64,000 nucleotides of DNA, taken from positions 416,001 through 480,000 of the forward strand of contig OZ244587.1 of the NCBI GenBank assembly GCA_965218095.1. The letters run 5' to 3'. The stretch is from Candidatus Poribacteria bacterium. GTDB lineage: Bacteria; Poribacteria; WGA-4E; PCPOR2b. The position numbers and the translations under genes are program-made. Positions 9,025 through 19,309 of the stretch are shown here, in pieces (position 1 is the stretch's first letter; the number at the start of each line of letters is the position of its first letter). Under the pieces are notes generated by a model. That model did not search any database, had not been told where the DNA came from, and was given only the letters and a program-made list of their open reading frames with translations.

Positions 9025-9999
9025 TCACGGGAATTGTGCGCCCTGAGTCTCCACATAGACTGCGTAGATGGACTGGCTGCCGGTCATGAATAGCTGGTTC
9101 CTCTTGACGCCGCCGAAGCACAGGTTGGAGCAGACCTCTGGGAGATGGATCTTGCCGATGAGGGCGCCGTCGGGCGCGAAGATATGCACGCCGTCGTATC
9201 CCTCGCCGCCCCAGCCCGCGCTCGCCCAAAGGTTGCCATCAATGTCACAACGAATTCCATCAGCGAATCCTGGCGCCATGTCGCAAAACGTCCTGCCGTT
9301 CACCAGACGGGCGTTATCTGCTACATCATAAACAAAGACGTGGCTGGGATGGTCCGGTTTGTGTGTGATACCGGTGTCGGAAATGTAGAGCTTGGAATAG
9401 TTAGGTGAGAAGCATAGACCGTTCGGTTTTTCAAGTCCGTCCGTCACCACCGTCGCCTCGCCTGTTTCCGGGTTGAGCCGATAGACATTGGTAGACAGCT
9501 CAAATTCACCCTTATGCCCCTCATAATTCATGAGGAGGCCATAGCCCGGATCTGTGAACCAGATATGTCCGTCTGGATGAACAACCACGTCATTCGGCGC
9601 GTTCAACCTCACCCCCTCGAAACTGTCGATCAGCACCATGATGCCCCCGTCATACTCGGTACGAGTCACCCGGCGCGTAGCGTGCTCACAGGTGATGAGC
9701 CGCCCCTGCCTGTCGCGGGTGTTGCCATTGCTGTTGTTAGACGGACTGCGGAAAACGCTAACTTCGCCGGTCTCCTCGACCCAGCGCATAATTCTGTTGT
9801 TCGGAATATCACTCCAGAGTAGATAGCGACCATCCCCGAACCAGACAGGTCCTTCCGCCCACCGCGTACCCGTGTACAATCGCTCGACCGCCGCGTTGCC
9901 GAGTCGGTATTTCTCGAAACGTGGGTCGACAACTTCGATGGCTGGATCCGGATACCTAACAACACCTTGATTCCAATCTCTGTCAATAGGTTTACCCAT
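9025..9999 (-). CDS. SMP-30/gluconolactonase/LRE family protein
   Basis: WAEGPVW, SDIPNN, LNAPNDV, PNGLCFSP, DGIRCD motifs. Confidence 0.92.
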   Translation of the reverse strand: MGKPIDRDWNQGVVRYPDPAIEVVDPRFEKYRLGNAAVERLYTGTRWAEGPVWFGDGRYLLWSDIPNNRIMRWVEETGEVSVFRSPSNNSNGNTRDRQGRLITCEHATRRVTRTEYDGGIMVLIDSFEGVRLNAPNDVVVHPDGHIWFTDPGYGLLMNYEGHKGEFELSTNVYRLNPETGEATVVTDGLEKPNGLCFSPNYSKLYISDTGITHKPDHPSHVFVYDVADNARLVNGRTFCDMAPGFADGIRCDIDGNLWASAGWGGEGYDGVHIFAPDGALIGKIHLPEVCSNLCFGGVKRNQLFMTGSQSIYAVYVETQGAQFP

Positions 10000-10018
10000 A
10001 CGATCCTGTTCTCCCCTA

Positions 10019-10633
10019 TCAGTATGCAGGAATTAATCCCCTGTTTTCAAGGAAGGCAACCACGTGCTCGGTAGACTCTGCGAGCGTTTGGTTCCCCGTA
10101 TTCACGACGATCTCGGGATTGATGGGCGCTTCGTAAAGGGCGCTGATTCCCGTGAACTCCTTGATTTTACCTGCCCGCGCCTTTTTGTACAACCCCTTCG
10201 TATCCCGTTCTTCGCATATCTCTAACGGGCACTCAACAAAAACTTCCACAAACCGCCCCTCGTCAAGCAGCGCCCGTGCTTTATCCCGATCCGCACGATA
10301 AGGCGAAATAAAGGCTGTCATGGCAATGACGCCGGCATCTGTAAACAACTTCGCAACCTCCCCAATGCGACGGATGTTCTCCTCCCGATCTTCAGGAGAA
10401 AAGCCGAGATTCTTATTCAAACTGTGACGGACGTTGTCGCCATCAAGGACATACGTGAGATGTCCACGCTGATGGAGCACATTTTCGACTTCATGGGCGA
10501 GTGTGGACTTACCGGAACCTGAAAGCCCTGTGAACCAGATTACGCTTCCTTTCTGATTGAGGAGCTTTTCTCTATTTTTCTGCGTAATATTGGCTTGGTG
10601 CCAGGTGATATTCGTTGCCTTCTGTTCTGTCAT
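10019..10633 (-). CDS. cysC: Adenylyl-sulfate kinase
   Basis: [33 protein letters not shown]. Confidence 0.96.
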   Translation of the reverse strand: MTEQKATNITWHQANITQKNREKLLNQKGSVIWFTGLSGSGKSTLAHEVENVLHQRGHLTYVLDGDNVRHSLNKNLGFSPEDREENIRRIGEVAKLFTDAGVIAMTAFISPYRADRDKARALLDEGRFVEVFVECPLEICEERDTKGLYKKARAGKIKEFTGISALYEAPINPEIVVNTGNQTLAESTEHVVAFLENRGLIPAY

Positions 10634-10689
10634 ATTGTTCTCCTTCAGTTTGAGAATAGGTTAATATTGACTAAATTGAAAGTTCTTGT

Positions 10690-12063
10690 TCAATTGACGG
10701 TTGATAACGGCAACCACAAAGACACGGTTGTTCCCTGTCCAATGATGCTTTTGATCCGTATATCTCCACCGTGTTGTTCAAGGATACGCTTTGCATTTGC
10801 CAAACCAAGCCCGGTTCCCTGTGATTTTGTTGTGAAGAAAGGTTCAAACAGCCGATTTAAATCTTCTGGAGGGATGCCAACTCCCGTGTCTGCGACATCA
10901 ATGCGAACCCCATCCGAATCCTGTAACGTCAAGAGATCCAGTGTGCCGCCATCCGGCATGGCATCCATCGCGTTCAGTACAATGTTCATAAACGCCTGTT
11001 TCAACTTATCCAGATCGAATGAAACCGGTGGAAGGTCAGGGGTGAATTTTTTTATCAGCAAGATCTGATGATGATTCAGGTTGGCTCCCATCAGATCCAG
11101 CACTTCTTGCAGGGCTTGATTCAGGTTGTGTAGCGCGAGTTCAAGGTCCGCGGGGTGAGCAAAACCCATCAATCCTTTGACGATGACATCGATCCGTTCA
11201 ATCTCTTCAAGAATGTATCGCATTGACTGTTCCTGCCTCGATTCCGGGAGATCTTTCTTTCGTATCAGCATTTGCGCCAACATCTGCATTGACGAGAGCG
11301 GATTCCGAATCTCATGGGCGAACGATGCTGCCATCTTCCCTGCTGTGGCGAGACGTTCAGCTTGTATCAACTCATTCCGTGAATCCCGAAGATCACGGGT
11401 CATCTGATTAAATCCGATGGTCAGATCGCTAATCTCGTCGTGCGTCTTCACCGCGCACTGTCCATCCAGATTGCCTCCAGCGACCTGCCGTGTGAATTGG
11501 ACCAAATCCTTGATCGGATCTGTGAGATTTTGCCCAATAAGATGACTGATGAGTGCAACTAACAAAATAACAACAGTTGCGACTCCCAACACCAATAAAG
11601 TTGCCTGTCGCTTTGCATCGGCAATTTTGTCCATCGGACGCATCAAACAGTACAACTGGCCCAGTTTTTGTGGGTAGTAGATGACTTTATAGTGTTTTCC
11701 ACCAACATTCACATTTTGTAAAACGAGGTCATTATCAGAGGCCTTGATTTGTCTTCGGGCTTCGCGTACCTTCACATCTGCTGTCAGGTGCGCCCAATCC
11801 CCTTCAAGCGTTGTGTAATTCACGGTGTCATCACTATCGACCACCATCACTTCCGCACCGTATGCTTCCTTGACTTTCGTTGGATCATGAATATAGCCGG
11901 TATCTACAATCACTTTTAACCATTCCGCTGTTTCGTGACTAAATTGCTCCTCGTATTTCCGGTCAAAAAGCGCGATCGTGATGAGTGGAACGACGAGCAC
12001 AACAACTGTAAAGAGCAGGATGAATGGGAGAACAATTTTGTTTTGAATACTATATCGGCGCAT
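10690..12063 (-). CDS. HAMP-domain sensor histidine kinase
   Basis: Two TM helices, HAMP, H-box FAHEIRNPL, N-box, G-boxes DTGVGI and GTGLGL. Confidence 0.92.
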   Translation of the reverse strand: MRRYSIQNKIVLPFILLFTVVVLVVPLITIALFDRKYEEQFSHETAEWLKVIVDTGYIHDPTKVKEAYGAEVMVVDSDDTVNYTTLEGDWAHLTADVKVREARRQIKASDNDLVLQNVNVGGKHYKVIYYPQKLGQLYCLMRPMDKIADAKRQATLLVLGVATVVILLVALISHLIGQNLTDPIKDLVQFTRQVAGGNLDGQCAVKTHDEISDLTIGFNQMTRDLRDSRNELIQAERLATAGKMAASFAHEIRNPLSSMQMLAQMLIRKKDLPESRQEQSMRYILEEIERIDVIVKGLMGFAHPADLELALHNLNQALQEVLDLMGANLNHHQILLIKKFTPDLPPVSFDLDKLKQAFMNIVLNAMDAMPDGGTLDLLTLQDSDGVRIDVADTGVGIPPEDLNRLFEPFFTTKSQGTGLGLANAKRILEQHGGDIRIKSIIGQGTTVSLWLPLSTVN

Positions 12064-12323
12064 GGGAGTCTGTAGGAGTCATTGGCAATACTTGCACTTT
12101 AATATGATGAAGTTCGCCCCATTTTTATCAAGCGACCTCTCAACTCGCAAATTGAAATATTACTATAGCCGAGATTTTAGCTTGATGTCAAGCAGAAACG
12201 CTAGGTTAGAAATTCCTTATGAGAAACCCCGATCAAAGATCGGGGTTCGTCAATGGATTTGACCGTAAATTTTCGCTGTGCGATAAACTTTCCGAAGGTT
12301 ATTTCTTATTACGGATTAAAATT

Positions 12324-12411
12324 GTCATTCTGAGGCGAAGCCGAAGAATCTTAGAGGCAGAGACTCTTCGTGAAGTTTACCCTCAAGTGTAGCGAAGGAC
12401 TCAGGGTGACA
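12324..12411. repeat. Long imperfect hairpin repeat (family B: GTCATTCTGAG..CGAAGAATCT...AGACTCTTCG...CTCAGGGTGAC)
   Basis: Nested inverted repeats; resembles REP-like elements often found near small GIY-YIG genes. Confidence 0.6.
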
Positions 12412-12598
12412 GAATGCTTGTTTTATTTATGAAAATTACTTAAAACACGGAACTGCGGAAAGCACGGACAGCGTGGAGCGGAAGTGAGTTAGTGGATAGG
12501 CTTGCATGTTACTTGACTTTCTCCGTGTTTCTCGATTCCAGAATTCTGATCAAAAAGAACTGTGGAGAGACATTAATTTGAAATAATGGCATTAGGAC

Positions 12599-12627
12599 TT
12601 GCATAAATTGAGAAAATCGCTTATAAT
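12599..12627 (+). promoter_or_regulatory. Sigma70-type promoter upstream of the cohesin-domain gene
   Basis: TTGCAT-17 bp-TATAAT. Confidence 0.6.
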
Positions 12628-12656
12628 ATCTATCGCTTCTGATAGGATGCATGAAA

Positions 12657-12708
12657 ATCACTATCAAGAATTGTTATGCTATATCACTATCAAGAATTGT
12701 TATGCTAT
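12657..12708. repeat. Perfect 26-bp tandem duplication ATCACTATCAAGAATTGTTATGCTAT x2
   Basis: Read directly, in the leader of the 758-aa gene. Confidence 0.9.
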
Positions 12709-12785
12709 ATTGAAACATTATGGTATAGTTGGCAAATTAATCACCATTTCGTTGAAATGGAAAACAGAGTGAAAGGAGTTGTCTG

Positions 12786-15062
12786 ATGAATAATCAGATT
12801 GTTAATCGAAACACGTTTTTTGTCATTTTAGCTGCACTTATGTTACTTGCAGTTCAAAGTTTGAGTTATGGTCAAATGGTCTCACTCGATCCGGCATCAG
12901 TTGAGTCTCCAGCGGTTGGGGAGCAACTGACGGTCAGCATCAATATTACCGGTGGGGTCAATGTCTTCGGCTACGCGGTTAGCATCACTTTTGACCCAAC
13001 CGCGCTAAATTTCGTCGGTGTCGAACTTGGGGATTTTTTGCCCGGCGCGCTTGGCCCGCCAACGCTGGCAGCCATCGTTGGGGAGGGAGAGGTCAGTTAT
13101 AGTGCCACTTTTTTAGGGGCAGTTCCTGGGGTTGATGGAGATGGAAGGCTTGGGACAGCGATGTTTGAGGTGGTCGAAGTTAAAGGCTCCACTATCGAGC
13201 TTGATATCGAGCTTTCTGATCCGGATGGAAACCCAATAGTCGCAACAGTCGAAGATAGCATGGTTATTGGGCCTACGATGGTTGGGCCTACGGTTGAGGG
13301 AAAAGACCCCGCCACGGCGCCGCGTGCACTTATCGACCGATTCAGTGCCGACGCCGGCGCCATCTTCGTCCGCGATGATTCGGGCGCCCTTCCTGAAGCG
13401 GGCGAACCGATTGACTTCGATCAACAGCCCTTCATTACCCAGGGGTTGGGGCCCGACGGACAGGTTGTCCAGTACTACAATTTCGACGTACAGAGCGCCA
13501 CGCCGGCGCCTATCTTCGTCCTGTTCCGTGATGGAGAGGAACAACCTGTTGCTGGACAGATCTTCATTGTTGATGCGATTCCCGGTGACCCTGGGTACAG
13601 CGACTTTTGGAACGTTACAAAGGTAACTGTGCCGGCTGATTATGTCGCCAATACCGTGACTAGCTTGGACGAGATCAATGCGGAGGGCTTCGCGATGGAG
13701 GCAACCGCCAACATTGTCAACTGCCCAATTGTGCCAGAGGGTTCGACCGCCGCGCTACGCTTGGGGGGAGGCAATACCGGTTTGCACCTGGGCTGGTACC
13801 GTGGTCAGGTTGTCGCCTACTTCACCTTCGAGGAAAAGGCACTCGCCATGGACGCCAATGGCATGGTTCCGGTGTCCCCGATTTATGTTACCTTTAACAT
13901 CAACGTCGGTGAGGACGGAGGCGGACCACCGTCTGGCTTCGTCACGGAACCGGGGACTGAGCAGACGCACAACGTCGTCGCCACCATCCCGTCCGACACT
14001 GACTACTCGCCGCTATGGGCAGTTGCCATATACGACAACGCAAACTTCAACACTGTGAGAGATCTGGAGAGCGTGCAGGCGGCCAACATATTGCTGGCCG
14101 GCCCGAATGTTAACTGCCCGATCGTGTCAATTGAAGCGGGAGAAGAAGCGCAAGTCTTCTTCCTGGATCTTACATCTGGGCTAAATATGATTTCCTTGCC
14201 GCTCATGCCAGCTGTACCTTATACGGCAAGCCGTCTTGCGCAAGAAGTCGACGCAACGGTTGTGATCAGACTTGACCCTGATACACAGGAATTTGGCGGT
14301 TTTACGGTAGACTCCGGAGATGAAGGCTTCCCAATCGAGGGAGGACAGGGCTACATTGTCAACGTCTCGGATGCTCACACAGTTGCCTTCGTTGGAACAG
14401 CGTGGACTAACCGCCCCAGAGGCGTACCCAGCGCGCCGGGAGTCGATGTCCGAACAACGGCATGGGCCTTCATCTTGAGCGGAGATGTACAGAATGCAGA
14501 ACCTGGCATCAACTACACAGTCGTTGTGAAAAACCTCCGTACCGGTACCATTGCAACCGATGAGACTGCCGCCGATCGTGGGCGTGTCACCGCCGTTTGG
14601 GCGGATCTCAGCCGCAAAAGTGTGGTCGAAGCCGGTGATCCATTAGAGGTTACCTTGCTGGATGAATGGGGAAATATCGTCTCCGGTCCCTTCCATCGCC
14701 ACGTTGACGTTGAAGATATCCGGAAGGCTTACCTGAGCATACCGCTGATTGTCGGTGATGTGCATCCAACGGAAACCCTGCTTGCCCAAAACTTCCCCAA
14801 TCCGTTCAATCCAGAAACGTGGATTCCGTACCAGATCATGGAGTCAGCGGAGATCACCATTCAGATCTATGATCCGTCTGGTCGCCTTGTGCGAAGGCTT
14901 GATCTTGGGCTGAAGTCTGCTGGCTTCTATACGACGCGGTCCACAGCAGCGTATTGGGATGGCCGTAACAATGAGGGTGAGCGGGTTGCCTCCGGGGTCT
15001 ACTTCTACACCTTGCAGACCAGGGATTTCTCCGCAACTCGTAAGATGCTGATTGCTAAATAG
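12786..15062 (+). CDS. Secreted multidomain protein: cohesin domain, two 'PGD..YS..W.V...VNCP' repeats, FlgD-Ig/T9SS-like C-terminus
   Basis: Signal peptide; 'VGEQLTVSINI..G.NV.GY...FDPTAL...GDG.L....FEV' (cohesin); duplicated internal domain; 'LAQNFPNPFNPETWIPYQ...YWDGRN..GERVASGVYFY...RKMLI.K'. Confidence 0.85.
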   Translation: MNNQIVNRNTFFVILAALMLLAVQSLSYGQMVSLDPASVESPAVGEQLTVSINITGGVNVFGYAVSITFDPTALNFVGVELGDFLPGALGPPTLAAIVGEGEVSYSATFLGAVPGVDGDGRLGTAMFEVVEVKGSTIELDIELSDPDGNPIVATVEDSMVIGPTMVGPTVEGKDPATAPRALIDRFSADAGAIFVRDDSGALPEAGEPIDFDQQPFITQGLGPDGQVVQYYNFDVQSATPAPIFVLFRDGEEQPVAGQIFIVDAIPGDPGYSDFWNVTKVTVPADYVANTVTSLDEINAEGFAMEATANIVNCPIVPEGSTAALRLGGGNTGLHLGWYRGQVVAYFTFEEKALAMDANGMVPVSPIYVTFNINVGEDGGGPPSGFVTEPGTEQTHNVVATIPSDTDYSPLWAVAIYDNANFNTVRDLESVQAANILLAGPNVNCPIVSIEAGEEAQVFFLDLTSGLNMISLPLMPAVPYTASRLAQEVDATVVIRLDPDTQEFGGFTVDSGDEGFPIEGGQGYIVNVSDAHTVAFVGTAWTNRPRGVPSAPGVDVRTTAWAFILSGDVQNAEPGINYTVVVKNLRTGTIATDETAADRGRVTAVWADLSRKSVVEAGDPLEVTLLDEWGNIVSGPFHRHVDVEDIRKAYLSIPLIVGDVHPTETLLAQNFPNPFNPETWIPYQIMESAEITIQIYDPSGRLVRRLDLGLKSAGFYTTRSTAAYWDGRNNEGERVASGVYFYTLQTRDFSATRKMLIAK

Positions 15063-15128
15063 AACGATGGACGATGGACTAGGCGTGTTACACTCCATAC
15101 GCATCAATTTAAGGCAGAGGCGAACGCT

Positions 15129-15202
15129 GGTTGAGTAGCGATGTGTATCGAAACCAAGTGAGCGATACGACGCTCGGTCTTGATACGCTACGCTACTTAA
15201 TC
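15129..15202. repeat. Nested hairpin REP-like element (GGTTGAGTAGCG..GTATCGA..ACC / GGT..TTGATAC..CGCTACTTAATC)
   Basis: Multi-segment inverted repeat in an intergenic gap. Confidence 0.6.
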
Positions 15203-15265
15203 TGCACGTCAAGGCACACCATAATTAGTATGAGTTGTTACATTCCTTGTCCCATTATCACTTCG

Positions 15266-15310
15266 ACGCCCCGGCCGAACTGTCATCGCGCAGTTGTCGG
15301 GGCGTTTTTT
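15266..15310 (+). terminator. Rho-independent terminator or attenuator
   Basis: ACGCCCCGGC...GTCGGGGCGT stem followed by a T-tract. Confidence 0.7.
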
Positions 15311-15338
15311 GTGGATTTCAACACATTTTGGAGGATTT

Positions 15339-16082
15339 ATGTACAGTCAATTCAAATCTCTCAGCGCGTTTGTCACATTCAGTGCAATTCTCGGAATATT
15401 ACTCGTCACCAATACAAGTATCGTATCTCAAGCAGACGCCCAGGTTGTGTTTACCGAAGTCGATTACCACAATGATCTGATTGAAATCGTCAACATGGGT
15501 ACATCTGACGTAGACATTAGCGGTTGGCAACTCTGTTCACGTTTTACCTATCCATTCGTTTCAGACTTAACCGTTGAGACAGGAAGTACGACCCTTGAGC
15601 CGGGTGGCATCCTCGTCCTCTCTGGCTTTGCGTTACAGGATGCCGCAGATCTCGGGCTTTACAATTCCGGCAATTTTGGCAGTCCGGTGGCAATGCAGTC
15701 CTTTGTCGAGTGGGGCGGGAGCGAAATTGGGCGTGAAAGCGTCGCTGTCAGCAAAGGGATTTGGAATACCGGAGAGTTTGTTCCACCGGTCCCGGACGGC
15801 CACTCCATCGAGTATGACGGCGTAGGAATCTCTGCGGGGGCGTGGTTTGATCAAGCGACTCCTAACTTCGGCGCTTTTGGGGAAGAAATGGAAATCCCAC
15901 CTCCGTCCACACCCTGGGATGTCAATGGTGATAAGGTAGTAAACATCTTTGATCTCGTCGAGGTGGCTGGCCAGTTTGGGCAGTCCGGCGATGGCCTTGC
16001 CGCAGATGTCAACGGCAATGGCACAGTGGACATCTTTGATCTCGTGGTCGTTGCCGCTCGTTTTGGAGAGACAATCCCGTAA
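15339..16082 (+). CDS. Secreted lamin-tail-domain (LTD) protein with C-terminal type I dockerin
   Basis: RBS GGAGG; signal peptide; 'VVFTEV...IEIVN.G...VDISGWQL' (LTD); twin Ca-binding loops DVNGDKVVNIFDL and DVNGNGTVDIFDL. Confidence 0.85.
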   Translation: MYSQFKSLSAFVTFSAILGILLVTNTSIVSQADAQVVFTEVDYHNDLIEIVNMGTSDVDISGWQLCSRFTYPFVSDLTVETGSTTLEPGGILVLSGFALQDAADLGLYNSGNFGSPVAMQSFVEWGGSEIGRESVAVSKGIWNTGEFVPPVPDGHSIEYDGVGISAGAWFDQATPNFGAFGEEMEIPPPSTPWDVNGDKVVNIFDLVEVAGQFGQSGDGLAADVNGNGTVDIFDLVVVAARFGETIP

Positions 16083-16458
16083 TCCTGGCCGCATCCTGCC
16101 CCTAAAACGAGGCTGCCATATCAGTGAAAGTGTCACTCAACTTTCCATACTAAGTTCTCATCTCCCCACCAATCTGCTGCCCCAAACCGGATAAGGAGAG
16201 GAAGGAATGGAAGAAAGGAAAGAACTGGAGGAGACTTCGTCCTTTTTTTTCCTCCTGTTGCTGAGAATGGAAAAGGGGAAATTTATTTTTTAGAAGTCCG
16301 ACCGAACCCTTTGGAAGAGCGTGTCCTAAGTCTGCCGAAGGGTTCATTTTGAGGTGGGTTCGTCGAAAAGTAAAAACCATTTTATGCCCAAAACGGTGAT
16401 AAATCGGCTTTGTAACCCTCCGAAGGTTGACGAGGTAACACATACAGGAGTTGATAAT

Positions 16459-17532
16459 ATGCCAGATAAATACCGTGTTGGAATTATCGGGTGCGGTGGC
16501 ATTGCCAATCTACACGCACAGGGTTATCAAGGCGTTGAGGAGGTCGAAATCGTCGCGATCGCCGATCCGGTTGAAGCGGCGCTGAACGATTTCGGAGAGC
16601 GCCATAACGTTGCGAGCTGCTATCTCGACGCCCACGAGATGCTCGACAAGGAGAATTTGGACATTGTGAGCGTTGCGACATGGCATAAGCTACACGCGCC
16701 AATGACCATTGCCGCTTGCGTCCGAAAGCCAAAAGCAGTGCTCTGTGAGAAGCCAATGGCGACCAGCCTCGGCGAGTGCGATGACATGCTGGTTGCTGCG
16801 AGACGAAACAACGTCAAGGTCGCAATTGGCCATCAGCGGCGATTCAATCCAGTCTGGACAGACGCCCGTGAGTTAATTGCCAGTGGCGCCATTGGCGAGC
16901 CACGCCAAATTGTGTGTAAGGGCGGACAGGGGCTGCTAAACGACTGTTCACACCTGTTCGACATGATGCGCTATGTCCTCAGTGACCCGGAGGCAGAGTG
17001 GGTCATCGGCAACATTGAACGCAAGACGGAACGCTACGAGCGCGATACACCGATTGAAGACCGGAGCGCAGGGATCGTTGGATTCCAGGGTGGCTGCATC
17101 GGTTTGCTGCTTCAGGAGATTGCCGGACCCAACTATCAGGGCGGGATTATCTATGGCTCCGATGGCATTATAGATCTGACAGAACAGCGAGTTCGCCTGC
17201 TCAATAGTAGGAAGGCAGAATGGGAGGAACGCCACGCACAGGGTGAAAATCCCTCTGTGGCGCAGGTGAGGGAGTTGGTGTCGTGGATCGAAGGGAATAC
17301 CGAACATCGCGGCGATGCGAAAAACGGACGCGCCGCCGTGGAAATCGTCATGGCGATCTATGACTCTGCACGGCTGCATGAAGTGGTGCAGATGCCCGTC
17401 CGGACCCACGCTTCGCCGTTGGAGGTGATGATTGAGAATGGCGACCTGCCGGTTGAACGCCCTGGCCGTTACGATATCCGTGCGTTCTTGCTTCGCGGGG
17501 AATCGATGCAACCGCAGAAGTACCGGAGGTAG
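16459..17532 (+). CDS. Gfo/Idh/MocA family oxidoreductase
   Basis: GIIGCGGIA, CEKPMA, HQRRF; RBS AGGAG before ATG 16459. Confidence 0.92.
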   Translation: MPDKYRVGIIGCGGIANLHAQGYQGVEEVEIVAIADPVEAALNDFGERHNVASCYLDAHEMLDKENLDIVSVATWHKLHAPMTIAACVRKPKAVLCEKPMATSLGECDDMLVAARRNNVKVAIGHQRRFNPVWTDARELIASGAIGEPRQIVCKGGQGLLNDCSHLFDMMRYVLSDPEAEWVIGNIERKTERYERDTPIEDRSAGIVGFQGGCIGLLLQEIAGPNYQGGIIYGSDGIIDLTEQRVRLLNSRKAEWEERHAQGENPSVAQVRELVSWIEGNTEHRGDAKNGRAAVEIVMAIYDSARLHEVVQMPVRTHASPLEVMIENGDLPVERPGRYDIRAFLLRGESMQPQKYRR

Positions 17533-17622
17533 AAGGATGAGGGTCTCACAGATCGCGCTTCCATTCCTCGGTTACGACCTCTGATTCCCCCTTCCGATCC
17601 CACCACATAGGAACGATACTGG

Positions 17623-18447
17623 ATGACCATTCTTGAAGCGATTGTGCTTGGCGTTTTGCAAGGTTTAACAGAGTTTTTGCCGGTAAGTAGCTCTGGACAC
17701 TTAGTGTTGATGCAACATTTCCTTGGGTTGAAGGGACCGCAGGTGTTTTTCGATGTAATGCTTCATGTTGGAACGCTCGGCGCAGTCGTCATCGTTTACT
17801 ATCAATCGATCTGGTCATTGGTACGCACGAGCGCCGCCGCTTTAGTTCGCCCCAACTTCTACCGACATCCCGCCCGCACTATCGATGACTCACCGAATCT
17901 CAAACTGATCTGGTTCATCTTGCTCGGTTCAATTCCGACCGGGCTGATTGCTGTCCTGTTCAAAGATCAGCTTGAGGTGCTCTTTGGCAAACCAACGATT
18001 GTTGCCATCATGCTAATCATGACGGGGCTGATCCTGCAACTGCCACGCCTGAGGTGGAAGGAAATGGGAGCAGATCGTCCTTTACAGGCATGGCATACGC
18101 CGCTGATCGGAATTGCCCAAGGGCTCGCCATCACGCCAGGGATTTCCAGATCAGGGTCAACAATTTCCCTTTCATTGCTGTTGGGCATCTCTCCGCAGAT
18201 TGCTGCACAATACTCGTTTCTCCTTTCAATCCCCGCAATTTTCGGTGCGGTCCTCCTCAAGCTCAAAGACGTAACGGAGATTACGATTGCCCCTGCCGTC
18301 ATCGTGACCGGGACGCTCGTTTCGTTCGTTGTTGGTTATATCGCATTACGCATCCTGCTTGCGGTGCTCAATCGTGGGAAATTTTCTCTCTTTTCCTACT
18401 ATTGCTTTGCGCTAGGGGCGGTCGTTCTCATCAAGTTAGCGTTGTGA
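17623..18447 (+). CDS. uppP: Undecaprenyl-diphosphate phosphatase (BacA)
   Basis: QGLTEFLPVSSSGHL and PGISRSG motifs. Confidence 0.95.
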   Translation: MTILEAIVLGVLQGLTEFLPVSSSGHLVLMQHFLGLKGPQVFFDVMLHVGTLGAVVIVYYQSIWSLVRTSAAALVRPNFYRHPARTIDDSPNLKLIWFILLGSIPTGLIAVLFKDQLEVLFGKPTIVAIMLIMTGLILQLPRLRWKEMGADRPLQAWHTPLIGIAQGLAITPGISRSGSTISLSLLLGISPQIAAQYSFLLSIPAIFGAVLLKLKDVTEITIAPAVIVTGTLVSFVVGYIALRILLAVLNRGKFSLFSYYCFALGAVVLIKLAL

Positions 18448-18467
18448 TGTTTCCTTGAACAAGATCA

Positions 18468-18620
<153 letters not shown>

Positions 18621-18650
18621 TCATACCCACCCACAGGGGTCGAGGAAAAG

Positions 18651-19115
18651 TCAAATCCCGTTCATTTGACACTCAGAACAATATCCCAGAATTTCATTCC
18701 TGTATTTCACTGGCTTGAACTTGTGCGTTTTACAAACGGCTTCTTGGAGCGCATCAATCTCCGGTTTTTTGAACTCAATAATTTTTCCACATCGTAGGCA
18801 GATTAGGTGGGCATGTTGTTGTTGGAGTGAGCGGAGATGTTCATAGTGAGAATGCTTTTGTGCGTCGATTACTTCAGTCAGCAGTCCGCTTTGAACAAGG
18901 AGGGGCAACGTCCGATAGATTGTCGCCCGAGAAACCGTATACCCGTTTTGGCGCATGCGCATCAAAAGGTCCTCCGCTCGAAAATGATCATCGTAAGCGA
19001 AGGCCTGTTCAAGAATGGTGCGCCGCTCCGAGGTGAGCCGCAATCCATTGCCTTGAAGGTATTTGCTAAACCTTTCAACAATTTGTGGTTGAATCGGTTG
19101 ATTGCTTTTTTGCAT
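18651..19115 (-). CDS. fur: Fur family transcriptional regulator
   Basis: GLRLTSER, SRATIYRTL, HAHLICLRCGKIIEF, GYCSEC; RBS GGAGG before ATG 19115. Confidence 0.9.
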   Translation of the reverse strand: MQKSNQPIQPQIVERFSKYLQGNGLRLTSERRTILEQAFAYDDHFRAEDLLMRMRQNGYTVSRATIYRTLPLLVQSGLLTEVIDAQKHSHYEHLRSLQQQHAHLICLRCGKIIEFKKPEIDALQEAVCKTHKFKPVKYRNEILGYCSECQMNGI

Positions 19116-19198
19116 GGTAAGGACCTCCCTACTCATTGGTTGATGCGTATGTCAACGTTATGTTTGTGGTTTCATTTTTGGCTCATATTAAGAAAGCG

Positions 19199-19243
19199 TG
19201 CGACAGAAACCGAGTTTTTCCAAAAAACTCGGTTTCTGTCGCA
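19199..19243. repeat. Palindromic repeat family A, copy 2
   Basis: TGCGACAGAAACCGAGTTTTT-CCA-AAAAACTCGGTTTCTGTCGCA perfect hairpin. Confidence 0.88.
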
Positions 19244-19309
19244 TTTTGCACTTTCCTTTTACATGAGCCTCATTTTTTTAGTTCCCATCGTAGGAATCGT
19301 CATTCCCCA

